DNA from: Caecitellus pseudoparvulus
Lineage: Eukaryota; Protista; Bigyra: Bicosoecida
DNA length: 64,000 nucleotides
Assembly: GCA_965644315.1 (NCBI GenBank)
Contig: CBFFRQ010000019.1
Location: 1-64,000 of the forward strand
Direction: 5' to 3'
Within the stretch, counting starts at the first letter, position 1, and each line of letters starts with the position of its first letter. Both the position numbers and the translations under genes were made by a program. The notes under the pieces are model-generated. The model was not told where the DNA came from and did no database searches. It saw only the letters and a list, made by a program, of their open reading frames with translations. This document shows positions 46,901-57,102 of the stretch, in pieces.

Positions 46901-49900
46901 CGCCAGGACGCCTGGGCGCCACTGGCCGTTGGCCAGCACAAACACTGCAGTGTCGGCGCCATCCGTCCCCGTGCCGTTGCCCACATGGGGCAGCTCCACG
47001 CCCACAAACAAGCTGACGATGTCGTTCACCTTCACCATGGTGGGGGCCAGGTCGCCAGCCGCTGGGGCTTGCAGCAAGGGCGGCGTGCGCTGCGGCAGCA
47101 GCTGCCACCCCTGGCCAGGGGACGCACTGTCCAGGGTGTACGTGTTGAACACAAAGCCTGCCGAGCTGTTCCACAGGCCAACCAGCACCAACGTGCCCTC
47201 CACTGACACCAAGTCACTGCTGAGCATGCCGGGAGGAAGGGGTTGAAATGTGCCGGTCGGGCCGCTGGGTGCCACGTCAGCCTTGAACACGGTCAGCACG
47301 CCAGAGGTAAAGGGGTTGAACTGGATGACGTGGTTGGTCCCATTTGCATACACTGAAATCCACAGGCGCTGCCCGGCATTGACGATGGAGGTCGTCGCCG
47401 CCGCGCAGGACAGCTGCAGCGCTTGCAGGGACGGCGTAGCGTCAAGCCACGATTGTTGCTGTGTGTCCAGCTGCCACAACTGCAGGGGGGCCAAGGACAC
47501 GGCTGACGAGTCGTTGCACAGGGCGTACCAGATGCTCGTGCCGACTGTGGCGCTGGTGGCGACGTGGCTGCGAGTGGGGCGGCCCGGAGACCCGCTGGCG
47601 GCCACTTCCCGCCACACGGCGGAGGAGGCGTTGAACGTCCAGGGGTTGATGAGGTCCTGGCCGGAAAAGCCGGCACCGCCCCACAGCCACAACGCCCCGT
47701 CCACAGAGTTGAAGCCTGCACCGTTTCCGCTGCGCAGGGAGTACGTGCCAGTGGGCGTGCTGGGCTGCTGGCCCCACACGGTGGACGACGTGTCAAAGTA
47801 CCACGTCGTGTGCAGGCGGTACTGGCCCTGCACGCCCTGGGCCTCCGGGCACATGGCAGCGCGCTGCCCGCCAAACAGCCACAACGCAGGGCCCACTGCC
47901 GCAACGGCCGCGCCTTCTTGCGCTTGGGGCAAGTTCTCCACGCCAGTGGACAGCACGCCCCACATCCACTCCGTGTGGCTGGGGCTGGTGCGAGAGGGCG
48001 TCAGGGTCAGCAGGGAGTGCACTCGACTGGCACCTGCCTCGGCCCGTGTAATGGCCAGCAGCCACACGGCGCCGTCCACAAACGCTGCATCTCCCACGGG
48101 CACATAGCGCACGTCGTCGCTCCACGGCACAGAGGCTTGCACGGTGTGCCAGTGAGAAAACGGCGCCTCGGACAGGAACAGCACCTCCTCTTCCAACTCA
48201 TCCGTCGTGGAACAGGAGCTGTTCTGGGGACAGCCCAGCGCAAGTAGAACGGGGGGCGCCAGCGTCGTGCCGTTCACCGCCACTTCCGTGGGGGAGGACA
48301 TGAGGAAGCGAATGCGCGGCACTGTGGCGGGTGCAGCCGTCCACGCACTGGCACCCGCATCCCACATCCACAGCTGTGCACCAGTCACCAGCACTGTGCC
48401 AATTGTTGTGCTTAGCATAAGGGGCCTTGCATCAAAGCTTGCCGTGGGCGGCAAGGCATGGGGCAGTTCGCGCCACGTGCCGTTGGCGGTGGAAAACGTC
48501 CACGTGTCCTTCAGCCACGTCGGGGCCTGCCCCGGCCTGGACGGCGGCACCATCCCTCCAAACAACAGCAAGGAATCGCCTGTCCAGGCCGTGGCAGCCA
48601 GGCCGCGACCGGGTGGCGCGGTACTGCCGCCCCAGTGCAGCGGCGTGTAGCTGCCAGCCGCAGTGTTGAAGCTCCACAGGTCAGACAGCGTCGTGCCGGC
48701 ATTGGACAGGCCACCGAACAGCAAGGCTTGGTGCTGCACCTGTGCAGTGGAAGCAAAGGCTCGAGCTCGTGGCGTGTCTGGCATGCCTTCGATGTTCTGT
48801 TCCCAGTGCAGTGTGGCCAGAGCCAGCTGCCAAATGCTGTTCTGCACATAGGAAGCCCCACACAGCTGTTCGCCGCCGAACACGACCAGGCGCGTGTCAG
48901 ACCCCGTGCGGTGCACAGGCGCCACGAGCGGCACCAGACGCTGCCCATCGGCCACTTGCGTGATGTTGGTCAGCCACGCGCCTTGGGACAGGTCGAAAGC
49001 CCACAGCCCGCAAATGGCCACGCCGCCGTCCTGGGCGCAGCCGTAGTCCGCAATGCCGCCGGCGACGAAGAAGAAGCCGTTCGCAGACGCCACGCTGAAC
49101 AGCTGCAGGCCTGTCGGGGCGCTGTTCTGTGGGGAGGGGGGGATGGCGTCCCACGTCAACGTCTGGCTGGCAGGGTGCCACTGCAGGCGCCACATGCGGG
49201 GGCCGGTGAATGCGAAGGGGCCTGAGATGATGGCCGTCGTCTGGAAGGGTGGCGCAATGTCAGTGGCCACCCCCAAACCTTGCACGAGGATGAAGCTGGA
49301 GGGCGCTGCAGGCTCAGGCAGCTCCTCCCACGCGCCTGTGCTCGTGTTGAAGGCAGTGAGCGGGGCCAGCTGCATGTGCAGCGTGGAGGGGTCTGCAGCG
49401 TACTGCGGGAAACCCCCCAGCAGCAACACGGCTGGCTGGCCGTCTGTGCCGTTCACTACCATCAGTTGGGGGAGGTAGCGGGGAGGGGGGAGGTCGGGCG
49501 GCTGCGGGGCGGCACATCCAGCCACACACCGCCACGTGCCCAGCAGCGTGTCGAACAGCCACGTGTCTCGGAGCAGAACAGCCCCCAGTGCATCTGTGCT
49601 TTGCTGCTGCACGCCTCCATGCATGAAGATGTACGAGCCGACGGCGATGACGGATGGCAAGGTTCGCGTGGAGGGGGAAGCACAGGTGAGGCTGGGGCAG
49701 TGAGCCACCGCTGAGCAGTCGGGGGACACGCGCACCCACCCCTTGATCTGCGCCGAGTACACCCACACCTGCACACCCGAGTCATCTGCCGTTCGACTTG
49801 CCGCAGTCTGCACGTACCAGACGTCTGGGCCCAGGGACAGCCCCACGCCACCGAACGCCGGTTCGGGCCACGCCATGCTGCCAGGGAGAAATGTGTGCTG

Positions 49901-51136
49901 TGGCCAGCGCAAGTGCGGTGCTTCACCTGCGCCCCCTTCGAGGACTGGCGCCTGGCGCGTGAAGGAAATGGTGTACACGCCGCCCACCCAGTCCGGCCAC
50001 AGCAGCAGGCTCTGGGCGTTCTGGCACGCATAGCGCGTGGGGGCCCCCCCGAACACCAGCATGACGTCCCCCATGGCAGCGATGGCGCCCCTCCAAATCT
50101 GCGGAGACGCCGCGTTCGCCACGCCACCTGGTGTGCTCAGGGTCTTGGGGGTGCCTGAGGACATGTCCACGCCTTGCACCAGTCCCAGCGGGGCGTCCAC
50201 CAACCCTGCACTGCCGAGACCCCAAGCAAGCACGAGGTGACTGCCGTGCACACTGCACAGAGCGCCGAAGGTGGGGAACTGCAGCGGCTGTGCACCGCGC
50301 TGCCACTGCAGCAGGGACAGGTGCAGGACCCAGATGTCAGCCAGCGGAGCCGCAAAGCCACCTGTGCCGCCTGCCAGCCACAGGACACTGTTGCCGTTGG
50401 CGTCGTTGCCAGCGGCAGCACAGGCAAACGCGCGTGCAGGGGGGGTCGTCTGCGACGGCAAGTACAGGGCAAACCACCTGTCAGCTGCGCTCTGGTACAC
50501 GAGGGTGGTGGCAGTGACAGCGTACTGCTGCGAAGTGAAGCCGCCAAACAGCAGAATGTCCGTGCCCACCACGGCCGGTGCGGCGCCCCAGCGAGGCAGC
50601 ACATCTGGCGGCATGGCAGCACACTGCCTCCAGGCGCCAGTCACAGTGCTGAACTTCCAGCAGTCCCCCAGGGGGGTACGGAAGGCGCCCCGTCCGCCCA
50701 GCAAGAACACGTCCAGGCCCACCGCCACGACAGCCCCGTCAGAGCGAGGCGCCGGTGCGGTGCGAGGGGAGGTGCAGGCACTGCCCGGCGCCCGTGCCAG
50801 CATGCTGCCCCATGGCTGCCGGAAGCGCACAGAGGCAGGGTCCCACGCGTACACCTGCACGGCTGAGGCGTTGTTGCTTCCGTGGGGGGCGCAGAGCAGG
50901 ATGGGCCGTGACGCGACGCGCACGGCGCCAGACCACGCGCAGAAGGGCGCGGAGCTGAATGTGTTGGGCTGGAAGCCGGAAAGAGTCATGTTCACCGACA
51001 TGCCCACGCCGTAGGGCAGGGTGCTCGCGCCCGCACCAGTGCGAGGCCAGGCAGAGACGGCGCACGCCAGGGCGAGGCAACGCAGCAGGCTGTGCCACCC
51101 AACGGCCCGGCGCAGCTGCAGTGCAACTTGTGACAT
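40934..51136 (-). CDS. Giant (~3400 aa) kelch-repeat surface protein with a Cys-rich GCC2/GCC3-like region and a multi-pass TM C-terminus
   Basis: Signal-peptide-like start MSQVAL...LALACAVSA at 51136; many hhhGG...D.W kelch blades; CLPCPPGTW...CTACP; several TM helices with YWW...LLR and KPW...N.LE motifs. Confidence 0.85.
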   Translation of the reverse strand: MSQVALQLRRAVGWHSLLRCLALACAVSAWPRTGAGASTLPYGVGMSVNMTLSGFQPNTFSSAPFCAWSGAVRVASRPILLCAPHGSNNASAVQVYAWDPASVRFRQPWGSMLARAPGSACTSPRTAPAPRSDGAVVAVGLDVFLLGGRGAFRTPLGDCWKFSTVTGAWRQCAAMPPDVLPRWGAAPAVVGTDILLFGGFTSQQYAVTATTLVYQSAADRWFALYLPSQTTPPARAFACAAAGNDANGNSVLWLAGGTGGFAAPLADIWVLHLSLLQWQRGAQPLQFPTFGALCSVHGSHLVLAWGLGSAGLVDAPLGLVQGVDMSSGTPKTLSTPGGVANAASPQIWRGAIAAMGDVMLVFGGAPTRYACQNAQSLLLWPDWVGGVYTISFTRQAPVLEGGAGEAPHLRWPQHTFLPGSMAWPEPAFGGVGLSLGPDVWYVQTAASRTADDSGVQVWVYSAQIKGWVRVSPDCSAVAHCPSLTCASPSTRTLPSVIAVGSYIFMHGGVQQQSTDALGAVLLRDTWLFDTLLGTWRCVAGCAAPQPPDLPPPRYLPQLMVVNGTDGQPAVLLLGGFPQYAADPSTLHMQLAPLTAFNTSTGAWEELPEPAAPSSFILVQGLGVATDIAPPFQTTAIISGPFAFTGPRMWRLQWHPASQTLTWDAIPPSPQNSAPTGLQLFSVASANGFFFVAGGIADYGCAQDGGVAICGLWAFDLSQGAWLTNITQVADGQRLVPLVAPVHRTGSDTRLVVFGGEQLCGASYVQNSIWQLALATLHWEQNIEGMPDTPRARAFASTAQVQHQALLFGGLSNAGTTLSDLWSFNTAAGSYTPLHWGGSTAPPGRGLAATAWTGDSLLLFGGMVPPSRPGQAPTWLKDTWTFSTANGTWRELPHALPPTASFDARPLMLSTTIGTVLVTGAQLWMWDAGASAWTAAPATVPRIRFLMSSPTEVAVNGTTLAPPVLLALGCPQNSSCSTTDELEEEVLFLSEAPFSHWHTVQASVPWSDDVRYVPVGDAAFVDGAVWLLAITRAEAGASRVHSLLTLTPSRTSPSHTEWMWGVLSTGVENLPQAQEGAAVAAVGPALWLFGGQRAAMCPEAQGVQGQYRLHTTWYFDTSSTVWGQQPSTPTGTYSLRSGNGAGFNSVDGALWLWGGAGFSGQDLINPWTFNASSAVWREVAASGSPGRPTRSHVATSATVGTSIWYALCNDSSAVSLAPLQLWQLDTQQQSWLDATPSLQALQLSCAAATTSIVNAGQRLWISVYANGTNHVIQFNPFTSGVLTVFKADVAPSGPTGTFQPLPPGMLSSDLVSVEGTLVLVGLWNSSAGFVFNTYTLDSASPGQGWQLLPQRTPPLLQAPAAGDLAPTMVKVNDIVSLFVGVELPHVGNGTGTDGADTAVFVLANGQWRPGVLAGPSAFGRSGLSASQSGGVIWLYGAGLYKVTDFDFKDDPSGQAPDSVPFVTVQGPLRDSTTSRLASVGTYHTAGAWHASPAAGHLPPAASLRAVANTLPLRQPVCRYWLPSVPTAYQQDMIACAQYETSATSLFPGWFMQPWNGSWVDVRLLGVVDSPAGSIALHTPRDSDISVQLPRQAVALPLPQQGDLGMLRGYTVMSNAPTLLDRAVMVFTGPVAAAGWQNRVLVLGGCFDGASCLQPTAQQALLVDLNDTTDTLTDVTSLICHPTSAPWLCGRANSAVVCDGSSGTVWSYGGVGVLAEGSEANAPLYFLVSLNLTSLTWRVWNHVSTAGGPFALSPQLLRPTLTVQDNTTLWLSGASRQAPQDIGGRLGALWAFDLTQVQCSGADPLRQCWGKWESQAWSESLVSGTLLGVGGTAPAPTQSGMVLGPSDDACTAAWCFPALLVQSRSSRLQSSAFTSGLVTSQGFDGRGAAVKFKRVEHPDAINTTHSTFLLACALHPGYCFTELVHLAMDAAWPGDVVSLGTIALVCSLASNKGSTVLKDAACAGDAGAFETLLQQGLEAAAGGLQAQAQEPIVVLRPGLVLTGASTLFPSLPTPSIVCTMVAAEVCVLFPGAAGWVPSLAATLSDVQLEDMRAPPQAVSIGNTTTLPLITGASTAWLTLDGVVVRGAGQREGSSIAGPCIGAHGGAFVSLSNVTLLHCGFAGRGGGLFAAGANSRSAAAISGGQLEAATPRHSSGASIGVAPIWMCFKGWDVLAQSRFGIGPATSVGLAAGCDLLLQYSANSGSSPGEVRFAYSTLALAGPVMVQQATSCRGAAVFLDDNARLVQVPSDTGMQPTVRVEHTSVGSKVLDAAAEAVLAGELDSAVVGLPSTCGLGGGLYLHHRACLLWGPASLDFVAEQAQVPSPLGAPVTLNSSSCMCSLTEPPPAPALSVGNTSAAVAGGVAFCEDPAACTQLESQLVVETDATNPATASVYGSNVAGPLQGLAVTLAQQNFSGNLTAVAGMSLTPAATLRVVDAGGSWAGGSAAADWVVAISNQASTDPDARFCSVLPGLLRVQLSAAVNDTGVLHVPAHQHSGLWAPPSQGKAQVPLAVNVTGVPGSTCTFKLTLQGPNSPSSETSLSVKMLTCSAGTAFSGTGESAHSCLPCPPGTWAPGGDVPCTACPKALRCPGGFDGGWRASAQQGFYKANGTIVGCWQPDTAPASLLPDCGAVRGQNSSLRLFDPEPAKCVAGLCQGGMVQRSGDALVWRQYCTPGHDSASPLCSECEPDARFVLFTTACTSKRNCMPAWAAGLAIMGLGLLYTLHLFGYLCNCAAACVNACAHTCCDGLSCQCPACCCSAQQLTHGAGALHTTLERGPRGRHRRPFEIDRSRVVGYEPVLPWDSRMPGHKLPPAHAQLLATLAEVGEDVQGGEAAQTPLDVQSSPQAEDDAEHPTPSPTSRPRVERSAAPESVTLPLRHADVAGVSVVLLIMTSFVLLVDPILDATVGSNYLSQAVRLAASTAKQFSTGGLGIAGRQWGPGGLDSGDCAAPGFARAPVQSESVSLLVPCLSEGVRAVHALGLPFVIPVVGYCMWALFGLVVSIATPSQQPPSPHPQFAAREPHDDLTKSLLPSQGTRQPACLPCAAVGAQCRLAWRGSCANMDWSWLRAPTAAEFLRAAVFFGMFVYTSLTTTLLDNVQLTSNPAGTGPAVLQFAPDVEATPLRLGLGWVGFLALAALPLAVLARMMCGYTPRRLAVHVDADMVPVDVGEAEEIMAAPSPCATWCPQLVCLRLCSLDGIFSVLSLGLRSHMYWWTAAVLLLRNVVAAVDTAVQEPLPKSAILTALYFTVLSAAIQFKPWYSRWANVLEIGMQLVLSAASVSSLVVVAVTALDLNAKCAAVSSDDSTKLAIDDAARASAELFSTITMVILVGGSLVVFAMARVLYEQRARRVARAIRDLAKLNRTQRKDALQSLYAHTAPLTRSESDLLLPRDLSSPSIQQPRR

Positions 51137-51571
51137 ATGGAGAGTGGGCTGGTGGAGTGGCTGAAGCGTGCGAGCCCAGGGGACTGCCCAGCACGCGATA
51201 GTGTGCGATGGGCAGTGCAGCAGGCGAAGAACCGGTGCCGACGCCACGCAGTGAGATTTTGAAGAGTGCCACGGCAAGGAGGCGCACTGGCATGTTCCAT
51301 GATCTGGAACAACCCTGCATGCAGTGCTTTCATCGTGGATTTTACGCCCACGCCTCGCCTGTGAGCCTGGTGTGATGCTCCACAGGGTGAGGGCACCAAT
51401 TTCCGCAACCTTCCCTGAGGTTGAAGCGGGGGGGGCAGCCGTCCCTCTCCCGGTCCCGCGCCCACCACGCTGAAAGTGCAAATAACCCCGCACCCCCATT
51501 CATGCCACTTGCACCCCCCCCCCGCTTGGGCTGCCTTTCCACCCAGGCTCCGCCCTGGATCGCGGCGTGGC

Positions 51572-54500
51572 ATGAGCGCCCTTCCTCCCTGTGTGCCATG
51601 GCCGGCCGACGCCGCCCTGGAGCAGGCGGCTGGCCAGCCCATGGTGCTAGCAGTGCACAACTTGACTGCATCCCTGGGTGACACAGTCCTGCACATGTCA
51701 GGCGAGGTGAAGGGCGCGGCTGTGACGTCAGACAGTGGCAGCATCTCCTTCACAGCCGGGGACACTGGCTCTGGCATGGTGGAGAGCTCCATCACTTTCA
51801 TGCTGTACGCAGTCATCGTCTTCTCCATGCAGCCAGGGTTTGCCCTGCTGGAGAGCGGCTCAGCCAGGGCTCAGAGTGTGCTCATGGTCGCCGTCAAGAA
51901 CACCTTCGATGCCTGCATTGTTGCGCTGCTGTGGTGGGTGGTGAGTTGAAACGCCCGCGAAACGGCTGCACTGCGCCGCTGAGCAGCCCGCCTGTCGCCC
52001 TCGTCCCCTTCCCAGGTTGGCTACGGCTTGGCTTTTGGTGACAACTCTGTGGGGGGGCTTTTCAGCACGACCAACTTCGCACTGAGCGAGGCATCGTGGA
52101 GCGGTGACCCCACCCAGGAAGCCCACGCCGTGTATCACCAAGCCAACTTCTTCCTGCAGTACCACTTCGCAGCCAACGCCCTCACCATCGTCAGCGGTGC
52201 GCCCCACAACGCTGTACCGTGGCCAAGTGCCCTACACCGCACCCAGCGCCGCTGTCGCCACACCCTCTCGCAGGTTGCATCGCCGGTCGCACTCGCCTGG
52301 TCGCATACATGTTTATGAGCGCAGTGTTGACGGTGCTGATTTACGCGCCGGTGTCGCACATGGTGCGTTGCGCCACCATGCACCCCTCTTTTCGCTGCCT
52401 CTGCGTCACACCGCTCCCCCTTCCCCGCTGCCCAGGTATGGAACAAGGACGGCATTCTGCGGAATATGGGCGACATCGGCGTGCTGGACTTTTCCGGCTC
52501 AGGCGTGGTGCACATGCTGGGCGGCTTCATCGGCCTGGCTGGCGCCATGGTGACTGGGCCTCGCCTGGGCCGTTTCAAGTGGGCTGAGCGCATGCTCATC
52601 GACCCTGGCGACGATTCGCTCTCCTGCATCGAGCGGGTGCTGTGCTGCTTCGCGGAGGGTTCCTTTCTGTGTGGCTGTGCGCGCATGTGTTGTGGCTGTG
52701 CCCGGCGTGCGGGGGATGTCCCTGCGCCACTGGGCGGCATCCCTGCCCCCGGCACCTCCCGGCCTGGGGGGGGCGTGGCGGTGGACACCCCCCTGTCCAC
52801 CGCCACGCCCACCACCCACGCTTGGGGCAGCGGGGCCGTGTCACTGTCAGACCTCGTGGAAGTGGGGAAGGAGCTGCCGGGGGACTGGGCCACGACGGTG
52901 AATTTCGGCACAGGCGACGCCTGCAACCCCCGCAACTGCAACCTGTGCAACCCCGGCGGAACCCTGCGAAACCGCTGGTGGCGTGCGGGGTGGACAGGGC
53001 AAGATGTGCGGGATGCATTCCTGCGATGTGGCGCACCAGCGGTGACACAAGTGCCGTTCCTGCCACACTCTGGGTCGGTGGTGTTCGTGGGCGTGTTCTG
53101 GCTGTGGTTCGGCTGGTTCGCGTTCAACACGACGGCTGTGTACCGCCTGCACTCCGGCACTGCGGCAACCAGCTTCATCCTGGCACGCATCATGGTGAAC
53201 ACGCTGGTGGCATCGTCAGTGGCCGCTGCCACACAGCTCCTGCACCAGCGGTACCTGGCATCCTCCCCCTGGTGCCGTCTGTGCGTTTCGCGGGGTGTGC
53301 AGCCACGACACGCCCCGTACGAGCTGGCCAACGCCATGCTAACGGGGCTGGTGTCCATCACCGCCTCCTGCGCGTATGTGGAGCCGTGGGAGGCGGTGCT
53401 CATCGGCGCAGTGGGGTATTACGTGTATGCCGCAGGGTGCCACCTGCTGGCTGTGAACGGCGTGGACGACCCCCTCTCAGCGTGGCCCGTGCATGGCTGT
53501 GGCGGGCTGTGGGGCATGTTGGCTGTCGGGCTGTTCGCGCGCAAGGACCACATCGCACTGACGCTGGGGTATGCAGGGCGGCCTGTGTGTCCTGACAGCC
53601 CCGGCATCACCTCGTACGGGCTGCTGCTGGGTGGGGGTGGTGAGTTGCTGGGCAGGCAAGTCCTCGCCATCGTCGTGATCGTGAGCTGGACGCTGCTGGT
53701 GGCTGGGCTGCTGTTCTCCGCTCTGTCGTGGCAGGGACTGCTGCGAGTGTCGGCAGAGGATGAGGTGCACGGCATTGACTTTGCGAAGTTCGGGCTGGAC
53801 AATTACCCGCAGTTCACACTGCGGTGGAGCAACGTGCCGGGGCGCGAGGGGGGGGGTGGCGAGGAGGACATGGGGGGGCGTTCCGTCCCTGCAGCCACGG
53901 CGTGGGCGGCGGCGGCGCACGAACGCCGACCCCGATCACCCCAAGATGACTCCTCGGAGCCGGATGGCGGTGACTCGCGCGACTCGGGGTCGGGCCTGCC
54001 CAGCCCGTCCCTCTCCCCAACCTCCAGCTTTCACCGACCCCCCCGTCTGGACCCGCCCCCACCCCCCCCCATGTGGGCTCCCTCCCCCCACAGCCGGGGC
54101 ATCCCCACCCACCAATCTGAGGTCGCGCCGTACGATGTGCATGCCGAGGAAGTGGTCGCAGCGCTGCGGCAGCGGTGGGTGGCGGAAGCTGCGCAGGCCG
54201 CCCGCACCAGTGGGCCCACCGCCAGCTTTCCCTGGAGTGACAGCCAGCCTCACCCCGGCACGCCCATGTACACCCCAGGGTACTTCGGGGGGGGCGGACG
54301 CCGCACTAGCTGGGGGCTCACACCCCAGCACGGCCCGCCACAGCCGGTGCGCCTGCCGTGGAATGTGTATGCGATGGGGGGGGTCATGCCGCCGGCGTCC
54401 CCCCCTCACGGCTTCGGGCTGCACGTTCCGGCGCAGAGTCGCCCTCACCCTGACTCGCGGCCAACCAGTGACTCACACTCCTTGCGCCCGACTCACATGG

Positions 54501-54658
54501 CCACTCCTGGCCACACATCAGGCCCCACGCCACAAGGCCCTGTTCGGCTGGGGCAGAGAGTGACCCCGCCTGAACAGGCCCCCCCTCGTCAGCCCGGGGG
54601 GGGGGGCACGAGACCCCCCCTGCACCCCCCCACCGCGACACGCTCCAACAGTGCATAG
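51572..54658 (+). CDS. AMT: Ammonium transporter (Amt/Mep family), 4 exons
   Basis: MQPGFALLESG, KN, GYGLAFG, DFSGSGVVH, GPRLGRF, WFGWFAFN, GLVSITA, VDDP...VHG; introns 51941-52015, 52197-52273 and 52363-52435 restore the frame. Confidence 0.93.
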
Positions 54659-54661
54659 CAG

Positions 54662-55807
54662 TCACGTGGTGGGCGGAAATGCATGCTCTTGTAAGTGCCG
54701 CCACCCTTCCTCTGCCGCTGCGGCGGATCTCGCAGCATCCTGCAGAGCCCACGTGAAACGCATGGGGCGCGCGTTGTGCTGCACTGCCGCACACTCACAC
54801 CGCCCCGCAAACACATACGGCCGCCCCGGCAGCCGCAGAAACAAGACCACTGGGACAGGCGGGCCCTGCCCTCGCTCGGGGTGTACCTCCACGCCCCACT
54901 CCTTGATGCGTTGCACACTCACCATGCGTTGCAGCAGCAGCGTTTCCGGCGAGTGACGTGGCTGAGCAAACCACGTGGCTGTACTGCCGCCGGGCCCAAA
55001 TTGATTCCCGTACGCACTGCCGTCCTTCTGACTGACTCGCGTGTCATACCCCCCCGCATCGGGCGTCAGGTCCACATTCACAAACAGCGCCACGGCGTTC
55101 GCCCACGGCTGGATGCCGCTCATTTTGTTGAACACGACGTTTCTGCAGATGGGCACGCCTGGCCCGCCCTGCTCCTCTTCCGCCACGGCGCCCAACACGT
55201 ACATGGCAGCAGCCTTGGCCTTGGCGCCGCTGCCTGCGATGGCGTAGGGGATGTACTTGCCCAGCCACCGCGCCACCGTGCCAGTGACGTCACACTGCAG
55301 TGTTCGCGCTGAGGCCGAGCCAGACACCACCTGCCCCTTCTCGTCACGTCCAGGCAGCGGCTGCAGCACCAGCTTGCCAGCTGCAGGCAGACCCAGCAGC
55401 TTGAAGTCCTCCTTCCCGGCCAAGGCAGCTGTGGCCTGTGCCGAGATGCGTTGGCGTGGGGGAGTCAACACAACCGGAGTCAAGTCCTCTGCTGCTTCAG
55501 TGGACCCGGCTGCGCCCCCCCTGGCGGCGCCTGTCCCACGGCCGCGCACAGACACGCCCTCCTCCTCAGTGTACTGCACGGCTGGGAGCTGGGACAGGCG
55601 GCTGCTGCGGCGTGTTGGCGCGGGGCGGGGCCGTTTCCTGCCGCCGACCTTGCGCTTGGGCTGGCCAGCGGACTGAGCTGCGAGAGACCTGGCCGCATCA
55701 CTGAGCAGTTCGTCCTGCAGGTCGTGTGCAGCAGCCACCATGGCTCTGCGCACTTCAGAGATGGACTTCCCTGCCCCAGTGCCGGGGTGGCCCTGTGAGC
55801 TGGCCAT
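54662..55807 (-). CDS. Hypothetical protein (basic NLS-like N-terminal region, globular C-terminal domain)
   Basis: Long ORF with coding-like composition; start chosen at MASSQG (alternative at 55885). Confidence 0.65.
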   Translation of the reverse strand: MASSQGHPGTGAGKSISEVRRAMVAAAHDLQDELLSDAARSLAAQSAGQPKRKVGGRKRPRPAPTRRSSRLSQLPAVQYTEEEGVSVRGRGTGAARGGAAGSTEAAEDLTPVVLTPPRQRISAQATAALAGKEDFKLLGLPAAGKLVLQPLPGRDEKGQVVSGSASARTLQCDVTGTVARWLGKYIPYAIAGSGAKAKAAAMYVLGAVAEEEQGGPGVPICRNVVFNKMSGIQPWANAVALFVNVDLTPDAGGYDTRVSQKDGSAYGNQFGPGGSTATWFAQPRHSPETLLLQRMVSVQRIKEWGVEVHPERGQGPPVPVVLFLRLPGRPYVFAGRCECAAVQHNARPMRFTWALQDAARSAAAAEEGWRHLQEHAFPPTT

Positions 55808-56095
55808 GAAAGCCTGGCCGACTGTGCGGAGGTGAAACGCAGGTGAAACGGACACGAGACGGAGGATTGGGCATATGTGCGCCACTTTAGGCTCTGCGAA
55901 GCAAAAATGGAAGCATTACCATCGAATTTCAGAGGGATATCATTTTGAGGCGAATGCACCTTTACCAAATTCGCTTTGAACTGCCATACCTAGCTTTCAC
56001 CTCGCTCGCTGTCCAGCGTGCGGCAGCCATCACGCACAGTCTGCGGCGGGAGCGCAGCAGACAGTGACGGTGCAGGGGGGGGCAGCCTGCATACC

Positions 56096-57101
56096 ATGGC
56101 TCACTTGGACGCCCGCCTGCGGGAGTTTGACCTGACCGCCGCTCACACAGGTGCGTGCGGCATTGCTTTGCCGCTTGCGTGAAGCGGGCAGAAACCGACA
56201 CGCCACGCCCAACCCGCTCGCCATCGCAGTGGACGCGTTCAGCGACGGCACGCCCGTTTCCGGGGCAGACACAGACATAGATGACCTGCCAGCGTCAACG
56301 TGGCTGGCGCTTCTGGCCAGTCCCCCTCCAAAGCGCCGCATTGACCCCAACCCTGCCGCTGGCACTGTGCACGAAGCTGAGCGGAGTGCCGTGTGGCGGC
56401 GAGCAGGCGAGGCAGCTGTTGCGGCAGAGACTCGCAAGGCGGCCCCTGTCATTGACGGCAAGCGGTACGTGAAGCTGGGGCGCCAGCTGTCTCAGGGGCT
56501 GCTGACGCAGCACGGCGTGACGATAGACGCTGCAAGCTTGGCGGTGCGTTTGAAGCACGCTGACAAGCTGCGTGCGCGGCTGGCCAAAGCAGAGGCAGCC
56601 TACGCCGCTGAGCGTGCGGCGCTGGACGATGCACACCGTCGGGAAGTTGCCGCCGTCGTTGCTGCGGCGCGTGAGGCTGCGTTGGCGGTGGCTGTTGCTC
56701 GCTTGCAAGACATGCAGGCAGCTGCAGAAACGGCTCGCGCGGCAAGCCCGCGGCAGGGCAAGGGGCGCAAGGCCAAGGCGGTGCTGGACCCAGAGTTGGA
56801 GCGAGTGGCAAACTTGAGTCCAGAAGCACTGCAAGCCGAGGCAGCAGCCGAAGCTGAGGCGGGGGCGGGTGGCGCGGGTGCGGAGGTTGCTGCGCCAACG
56901 CCGCCCCCTCGCCCACAGCACACGGCGGCAGAGCTGAAGCAGGTGCAGCTCGCGGAGGCTGCATTTGCATTCAACCTTCCTCGGGTGTTGAAGTTGCTGG
57001 GGCTGCAGTCCAGGCAGAAGTTGGACCGCACCATGACACAACTGCCGAGCTTGGCTGACCCGCCATCTCCAGGCACGCAGCCCGCTCGCGGCCTGCCGTA
57101 G
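56096..57101 (+). CDS. Hypothetical Ala-rich coiled-coil protein (intron 56151-56229)
   Basis: ATG at 56096; the GTGCGT...CGCAG intron splices in frame into ORF 56151-57101. Confidence 0.65.
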
Positions 57102-57102
57102 T

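Noticed and set aside
41046-51014. Many long + strand ORFs opposite large genes (also 24600-30300)
   Set aside because: Antisense shadow ORFs expected in GC-rich coding DNA; no recognisable motifs
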